Shown here: positions 36,820 through 43,210 of the stretch, in pieces | Position numbering within the stretch: the first letter of the stretch is position 1 | Layout of the letters: each line of letters starts with the position of its first letter | The notes under the pieces: model-generated | The model's database searches: none | Told to the model about the DNA's origin: nothing | Seen by the model: the letters and a program-made list of their open reading frames with translations, nothing else | Assembly: GCA_900617105.1 (NCBI GenBank) | Contig: UYFQ01000392.1 | Coordinates: forward strand, 1-43,210 | DNA length: 43,210 nt | Origin: Hydrurus foetidus | Lineage: Eukaryota | Direction: 5' to 3' | Made by a program: the position numbers and the translations under genes

Positions 36820-36835
36820 AAAAAAAAAAAAAAAA
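36820..36835 (+). repeat. A16 homopolymer in the D 3' UTR
   Basis: Seen directly. Confidence 0.8.
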
Positions 36836-36938
36836 CTCAATGTTCAACCTGAAATAGTAGTTATATGTTAGTATTTAAGCATAGATAAATTGTTCATGAA
36901 AAATTTAGTACACCTTTTTTTCGAGAGAGGGAGGCCAT

Positions 36939-37154
36939 TGTGACCCGCACAGCTGTACAGCTGTACGGGTACCGGCGTACGTTCGGTTCGGATCGAGGAC
37001 GATCCGAGCCATCCGATTCATGACTTGCCTATCTCTGTGTTTATCTGTAAGCTAACCACATCTTTAGCCAATAGCACCAGCACAACAGCTGCCTTCCTCT
37101 TGCCCCCGCGCCCCGTTCCATCAGACCCACCGCCGAGCCCAGAGTTAGGCCATA
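36939..37154 (+). repeat. Gypsy D 3' LTR (216 bp)
   Basis: Follows the PPT; matches 29726-29941. Confidence 0.95.
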
Positions 37155-37158
37155 GCTT

Positions 37159-37245
37159 CACGCCATCTCCGATCGTAGATTTTTCAGACTTTCCACCCTT
37201 CTCGGATCTCAGTTGGGCAGCGCCCTTCTCGCCTCGCTGGCTCAT
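37159..37245 (-). pseudogene. gag: Copia C gag N-terminal fragment (MSQRGEKGAAQLRSEKGGKSEKSTIGDGV)
   Basis: ATG 26 nt after the C 5' LTR; in frame with the rest of gag once D is removed. Confidence 0.8.
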
Positions 37246-37260
37246 TCTGAGCAGCTTGCG

Positions 37261-37271
37261 ACTTCTAATTA
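37261..37271 (-). promoter_or_regulatory. Copia C non-tRNA primer-binding site TAATTAGAAGT, complementary to LTR 37434-37444 (putative self-primer)
   Basis: Plus-strand ACTTCTAATTA (37261-37271) and TAATTAGAAGT (37434-37444) form a perfect 11-bp inverted repeat; the PBS abuts the LTR. Confidence 0.8.
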
Positions 37272-37663
37272 TCTTGGAATAAAACTGTCTTGTGGATCCT
37301 AGATCCAGTCAGAGCACCTGGTTGATAGCAGCGATTCGTTTAGAACACACTTTGCTTTCAGCAAGTCAACCAAAGTTGCTCCAACAGCTCACTCAAGTGT
37401 AGGCATAATGGCTCACAGCCATATAGTCTCTTTTAATTAGAAGTGCTCATCATGTCAAAACAAAGCAGTTCATGGCTAGCTATACTAGCTACAGTTGGCT
37501 GTTCACTGTCATCATCAGTTGCAACTTCCAGTACAGTTCGAGTGATGGTCTTGAGTCTGAAAACGCTACCCTCGCTCCTCCGCTTGGGCTTAGATGATAT
37601 TACCCCAAAGGGATTTCCCCCAAAAGGATCGTCCCCATAGGGATAGCTATGCTATATCCAACA
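37272..37663 (-). repeat. Copia C 5' LTR (392 bp)
   Basis: Matches 24353-24744; followed on the plus strand by the TSD GGATT. Confidence 0.95.
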
Positions 37664-37668
37664 GGATT

Positions 37669-37730
37669 TGACCGGCGCCAGCGACCTACTAGAAATTTGG
37701 CGGGGACCCGGAAAATTATCGAACGGGCTC
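37669..37730. mobile_element. MITE-like element, right part
   Basis: Ends in the TIR ATCGAACGGGCTC (37718-37730). Confidence 0.6.
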
Positions 37731-37733
37731 AAC

Positions 37734-38062
37734 TGTTGGAGTATCGGGAAAAGACACTGTAGTAGTTGTGAGTGTGTGTGCGTGGATCCCGACGGACAGC
37801 GGCGTGTACCCTTGGGGTAGTGGCCGGGACCCCGTTGGCTGTATAGTCTTCTCGGACTTTGTCCGTTCAAGATACTGTGCATTGACTGATGTGTGATTCG
37901 ATCTTGATGATTGTAAAGGACTGTGTTGCCGTCGTGTGGAGACAGCGACACAAGTTTAATTATCAAGTGATTAAACATACAGTCTTATTTCACGAGTCTT
38001 GGGTCCAAGTCACGAGTTACGCGGAGTTGCTATATCCACCGGATTAGCCGAAAGCCCCAACA
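37734..38062 (+). repeat. Copia E 5' LTR (329 bp)
   Basis: TGTTGG...CCAACA perfect 6-bp inverted termini; first 191 bp repeated at 43020-43210. Confidence 0.9.
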
Positions 38063-38072
38063 TAATTAAACT
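38063..38072 (+). promoter_or_regulatory. Copia E non-tRNA primer-binding site TAATTAAACT, complementary to LTR 37953-37962 (putative self-primer)
   Basis: Abuts the LTR end; exact reverse complement of AGTTTAATTA. Confidence 0.75.
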
Positions 38073-38087
38073 GATCAGCGCATCGAG

Positions 38088-41000
38088 ATGCCGCCGAAGA
38101 AACAAGAAGTCCTCAAGTCTGCAAGAGAGCCTTGCATCTTGAAGATAGGACGAGGAAACAACGTGGTGCAATGGATGGAAGAGATGCAAAACGATGCATG
38201 CGCGCTGTATGGCATGACAGGCATGTTCTTCAGCACCGACGTGAGCCACTTGATACCGTATCCACGCGAGGTGGACTACAACCCGAGTGCTCCACCACCT
38301 GGAGCAGATGATGTCGACACTGACGATGAGGCGGAAGGTGAAGATGAAGAGGTGGACCCTGTACCCGCAGTCGTACCTGTGGTGTATCTACCCGCATTCC
38401 TCGCGAAACTGAGGGCCATTGCGTTCGAAGGACGGAGAAAGCTTGTCGAAGCTCAAAAAGTCGATACGCAAATGCTGTTTCCAATGATTTGGGATAGGAT
38501 GTCAGCTGGGTCACAATCTAAGGTGCGCGAGGAACCTGGGTTCGAGGCCGCAAGGATGCAACTCGATAGTGTGAGGCTATGGCAGTTCATCAAACGCAGT
38601 CACCTCACGCACGTGTACGGAGAGGACGACTCGATGCGTGCGGTGAACGTTCAAGAGCGGACGCTCAGGTACAACTACCTTCGTCAGGGTGACCGAGAGC
38701 TAATAGGCGAATTCAAGACCAGATTTGACAATCAAGTGTCAGCCAATAAGGGTGTTGGTATGGAACCCGCGGAAGAGTCGATTAGGGCAATCGATTTCCT
38801 GAGCAAACTTGACCCGAAAAGGTATACATGTATGCTCACTGTGATGCGTAACAATGCTGTACAAAATCTCCCGCATAGCTACCCTTCCACCTTAGCCGGA
38901 GCATACAGGATTGCATCGTCATGGATGAACGCGAACGGAGCAGTCCCCCTTGGCGCTGAGCAACATTCCGCGTTTTTGACCGATTTGGCAATGCCCACGA
39001 AAGGAAAAGGTCACGGAAAGAAAGGCAACGGCAAGACTGCAACGACGAAGAAAAAATCATCGTCAGTGATTTGCTTTGTCTGCGGATTGGCGGGACACTA
39101 CGCTCGCGATTGTGAGAGTCGAAAGAGCGACGAGCAAGCCCTTATAGCAGAGGTTCAGGAAGAACCAGACGACAACGACAGGACCGTAGAGACGGCTTTC
39201 GTGGCGACCCATGAGGTCGTTCTGTTCGCAAAGAGTCACGTCCTTTTGGACAACCAGGCATCAGTAAATGTCTTCTGCAATGGGGGGCTTCTCACCGACA
39301 TCCGGAGGTCGAAGCAGGGGATACTTCTCAACGGAGTCCAGGCCGGCGTCAAGTCAGTCCGAGTCGACCTGGAGGGAGACTTTGAGGAAGTCGGCCCAGT
39401 CTATTTCAGTCGTGGAGCGACAGCGAACATCTTGTCCTTTGCCGCCATGGTCGATAGGGGTGCCAAGATTCAGTACGAGCAACAAGCCGGACGGTTCACT
39501 TTGCAGCCCAGGGGAAGCAGCAACATCTACAGCTTCTGTAGACAACCTGTCACAGGATCAGACGGCCGGTTCTACGTGTGCGACGTAGACACCATGGTCA
39601 AGCGAGTCCCGACGAAACATCGAGAAGAAATGGTGCTAGTCAACACAGTTAGCGACAACATGATGAGGTACACAAAACGCGAGATAGCATCGGCAGCAAG
39701 AGCTAGAGAGTTGCTTGCGAGGATGGGATACCCTCCAGTAGAGATGGCCATCGCCATGGTTCGTGGAGGGAACAATTTCAACGTCTCAGAGAACGATTTC
39801 AGAGTGGCTCATTCCATATGGGGGAAATGTCTTGCCAGCCTGAAAGGCAAAACGCATAAAATGAAGACGGCGGTGTCGGACGTCTCGCTAACACCTGCGC
39901 TAGTACAAGTGGAGCAAGTCTTAAGTGTAGACATTGCCTTCATCGATAACACAGCGGTACTTATTGGCGTATCTACCCCTCTGGACTTGACCCTCGCCAG
40001 CAGCCTCATACGACTAGATATCTCGAAAACCTCACGATCAACGCCAGTGGTGAAGGGTGCGCTAGATGATATGATACGTACCCTAGCTTCTAGGAACTTT
40101 TCAGTCCGAGTTATCATGAGCGACGGGGAAGGTGCTATAGGAAAAATCGTGCCTAATCTCATGGCTGCTGGGATCGAGGTTGATATCAGCGCAGCTGGCG
40201 GGCATGTTGCCAGAATCGAGCGTAGAATCCAAATGGTTAAGGAACGGTGTCGAGCACACATCTGCGGACGACTTCCATTTACGCTGACTGACTTGGGTAA
40301 CACTATGCTTGACTTATACTGTGTCTCTCGTATCAACTGTCAACAATCAGGATCAAGGCCCGGGGGTCTCTCGCCGCGAGAACTTTTTTCTGGACGGAGG
40401 GTTGACGGGACCCTGGACTTTCGTGCGGGGGAGACTATGCCGTATGCACCGTTCCCAACACCAATAACACGATGGAATCTCGCACCGAAGACTGCATTGT
40501 GATGCTTCCCACTCACAACCGGACTGGATCATTCAAAATGCTATCGCTAACATCTGGCAAAATTGTGACACGAGACCAGTTCAAAATCTTACCCATTCCC
40601 CAGTCCGTCATTCAGACGTTGAACTCCTGGGCCATAAGAGAAGGGAAAAAAATAACCAAAACTATAATACATGTGTTTGATGAGCTGTTATTTGCCAATA
40701 GTGTCGACAAATCTAACATGCCACTCTTCATTACCAACCCCCCCACTCAGGATGGTGTTTTCAATAGCGAGATGGAAAATCAACCTAGTGGACCTCAACC
40801 TCAACCGGTCATAGCAGATCTTCCTAGAGCAGACAGCGTCATCGAGCTCTCACAATACGTAGTGGGGGGGGGGTACCTGTGGGACCTGTGGGACTTGGTA
40901 TTATGGAGTCTCAACTGCCTCAACCGGATGACACCGACTACCCTCCATCGATACTCGCATCACCGCACATCCCCCTAGGGGAACCGGATGTGATCGCGAT

Positions 41001-42874
41001 ACCAACTGACGTAGCACAACCATCATCACCACCGGCTGAGGACCCAGCGATTGAGCAGGAGATCGCACTGGCAGTGCACACCCACCACCACCACCACCAC
41101 TACCGCGAGTCATTGAGTTCTTCCGGACTGGAGAGGGGGCGTTCGTTACTGCCAACCGGAGTGTACGTACAACCGCGACCGGGCCGACAGCCATACTGCA
41201 CAGCATCGAGAAGGTGCTCAAACGGCACCGAGCAGAGCTCGCTAACAGCGACACAGCCAACATCAGCGTGAAGGAGGCGCTGCGAACTAGGGGTGATGAA
41301 GCGAGTAGGGTGATCATTCATGAGTTGAAGCAAATGCTAGACAAGAAGGTATGGGTACCGGTGTCAGGAGCAGTGCTCACAGCATCACAGCGATCAGCGA
41401 TTATACGATCATCCATGTTTCTCAAGAGGAAGAATCATCCAGACGGGAGCTTCCATAAGCTCAAGGCACGACTGGTAGCTGGGGGGGACCAGCAAGACAA
41501 GGGACTGTATGACGACTTATCCTCACCGACGGTGTCAATCAGCGCAGTGTTCACTTTGCTAGCAGTGGCAGCACATGAACATCGTCATGTAGCTGTGGTG
41601 GATATCACGGGGGCATTTTTGAATGCTGACATGAGGAAGGGTGTGCCGGTGCACATGCGACTTGACCGTACGATGTCCGACTTCATCACAGACATCGACG
41701 GTAGGTACAAGAAGTACGCGGATAAGGGAGGTGGCACCGTCGTGCACCTCAAGAAGGCTCTATATGGGTGTGTGGAGAGTGCGGGCCTATGGTATGATGA
41801 TTTGAAGACGACTATGAGCTTTCTCGGGTATGTGAGGAACGGATGCGATCAGTGCGTGTTCAACCGAGTCTGGTCAGACGGATCACAGTGCACTGCAGCA
41901 GCGCATGTAGACGACCTCTTTGTCATGTGCAAGAACAAGGCGGCGTTGACTCACATAGTCGATGGGCTGCGGAGTAAGTACGGTGCGATAACACTCGCAC
42001 TCGGACCTGTTGTGAACTACCTTGGTATGTCCGTAGATTTATCCTCACCAGGTCGCGCGGAGATCACCATGCGAGGGTACACTGATGAGGTCGTGTCCAC
42101 ATCCGGGGTGCGCGGTACAGCCAGATCACCCGCAACCGACGGACTGTTCGAGTACAGAGAGAATGCAGAGTTAGTAGCGGAGCCCACCCGAGTATGGTTC
42201 CACAAGATCGTCGCGATGGTGCTCTATCTGGCAAAACGCACTAAGCCGGAATGCCTCACTGCGGTATCTTACCTGTCCACTCGGGTGACCAAATGCACCA
42301 CCGACGACGTCGACAAGCTCCAGCGCCTCATACGATACATCGCCGGGACACGGGACAGCGGCGTGGTACTTATGCCGGGTCTGGCCGGTATCACTGTAAA
42401 GCTATTCGTGGACGCATCTTACGGTGTCCACCATGATGCGAAGTCTCACACTGATGCATCGTCATCGGAGATGTAGGAGCGGTTCACTGCAGGTCGAGCA
42501 AGCAGCTCATAGTGACGAAGTCGAGCACGGAGGCGGAGCTCGTGGGCCTATCAGACTCTGCGAACCAGGGGATTTTCATTCATAACTTTCTCATTTCACA
42601 GGGATATGGAATGCCGCCGGTCACCATCCTGCAGGACAACCAGTCGTGCATGGCACTCATTGGACGTGGACGCTCGGCGGCGGAGCGTACAAGACACATC
42701 CAAATCCGCTATTTCTGGGTGAAGGAGAGAGTGGACACAGGCGAGGCGAAGATCGAGTACCTGCGCACGGAGGACGTGTACGCGAACATGCTCACCAAGC
42801 CGCTCCAGGGAGCCCAATTCATCAGAGAGAGAGACGCGCTCACAGGATGGACCAGTCGCGCGGAGAAGATCTAA
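38088..42874 (+). pseudogene. gag-pol: Copia E gag-pol (single-ORF type) with ~4 frameshifts
   Basis: ORFs 38088-40502 (CFVCGLAGHYARDC, LLDNQAS protease, SVDIAF/SDGEG/RIERR), 40472-40978, 40879-41271, 41214-42476 (KARLVAGG, AHVDD, FVDAS) and 42512-42874 (SSTEAE, LTKPL). Confidence 0.93.
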
Positions 42875-43019
42875 AACGAAACTTTATCATGCTATTAATT
42901 TTAACTGTTATGCAAATCAATTCACATGAGTGTGTCTGCTGTGCAAATCAATTCATTCTGTTTCTGCTATTGAGTCTCTTGCATAAAATCATGCTAAACT
43001 ACTGTGTGCCTGTGAAGTG

Positions 43020-43210
43020 TGTTGGAGTATCGGGAAAAGACACTGTAGTAGTTGTGAGTGTGTGTGCGTGGATCCCGACGGACAGCGGCGTGTACCCTTG
43101 GGGTAGTGGCTGGGACCCCGTTGGCTGTATAGTCTTCTCGGACTTTGTCCGTTCAAGATACTGTGCATTGACTGATGTGTGATTCGATCTTGATGATTGT
43201 AAAGGACTGT
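43020..43210 (+). repeat. Copia E 3' LTR (partial)
   Basis: Matches 37734-37924. Confidence 0.95.

Larger units (their letters stand above)
29726..37154 (+). mobile_element. Ty3/gypsy chromovirus family D, copy 2, full length (7429 bp), 4-bp TSD GCTT
   Basis: 216-bp LTRs with 1 difference by eye; TSD at 29722-29725 and 37155-37158; PPT GAGAGAGGGAGG at 36923-36934. Confidence 0.96.
24353..37663 (-). mobile_element. Ty1/copia family C, copy 2, full length, 5-bp TSD GGATT, with gypsy D nested in gag
   Basis: 392-bp LTRs at 24353-24744 and 37272-37663 (~7 differences by eye); TSD at 24348-24352 and 37664-37668. Confidence 0.96.
37734..43210 (+). mobile_element. Ty1/copia family E, near full length (3' LTR runs off the window)
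   Basis: 5' LTR 37734-38062 and 3' LTR from 43020 (1 difference in the 191 bp visible); gag-PR-INT-RT-RH. Predicted TSD TCAAC (37729-37733), not verifiable in this window. Confidence 0.95.

Noticed and set aside
41078..41103. Poly-His tract (HTHHHHHHY) in ORF 40879-41271
   Set aside because: It is a (CCA)n repeat read off-frame; the frame continuous with RT (41214 onward) reads poly-Pro.
1..43210. CRISPR arrays, rRNA/tRNA genes, prokaryotic RT systems (retron, DGR, group II intron)
   Set aside because: No repeat-spacer arrays or RNA-gene signatures seen; all RTs lie in LTR-type gag-pol contexts.

Overview
Eukaryotic transposon-only window with no host gene, RNA gene or CRISPR that I can support. 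It is a nested cluster of LTR retrotransposons from five families. Two are Ty3/gypsy chromoviruses: A (~765-5016) and D (truncated 14154-17147; full-length 29726-37154). Three are Ty1/copia families resembling the stramenopile/diatom CoDi-type lineage: B (+; partial 5017-8575, full-length 17843-24153), C (-; partial 8775-14153, full-length 24353-37663, interrupted by D) and E (+; 37734 to the window end). LTRs and TSDs were located by eye. A ~12.1 kb block (5017-17147) is a near-identical copy of 20575-32738. Removing the insertions reveals a ~181-bp MITE-like element split by C and a ~265-bp ancestral site hit by B, C and E. Most notable signal: none of the three copia families has a tRNA-type (TGG) primer-binding site. 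Each 5' LTR is followed directly by TAATTA plus 4-5 family-specific bases that are exactly complementary to a 10-11-nt sequence inside its own LTR, and the variable bases co-vary between families. This is the signature of Tf1-like, tRNA-independent self-priming. These copia integrases also lack the HHCC zinc finger, and B has a candidate -1 frameshift between gag and pol. Family and host assignments come from motif recognition, not from database searches.
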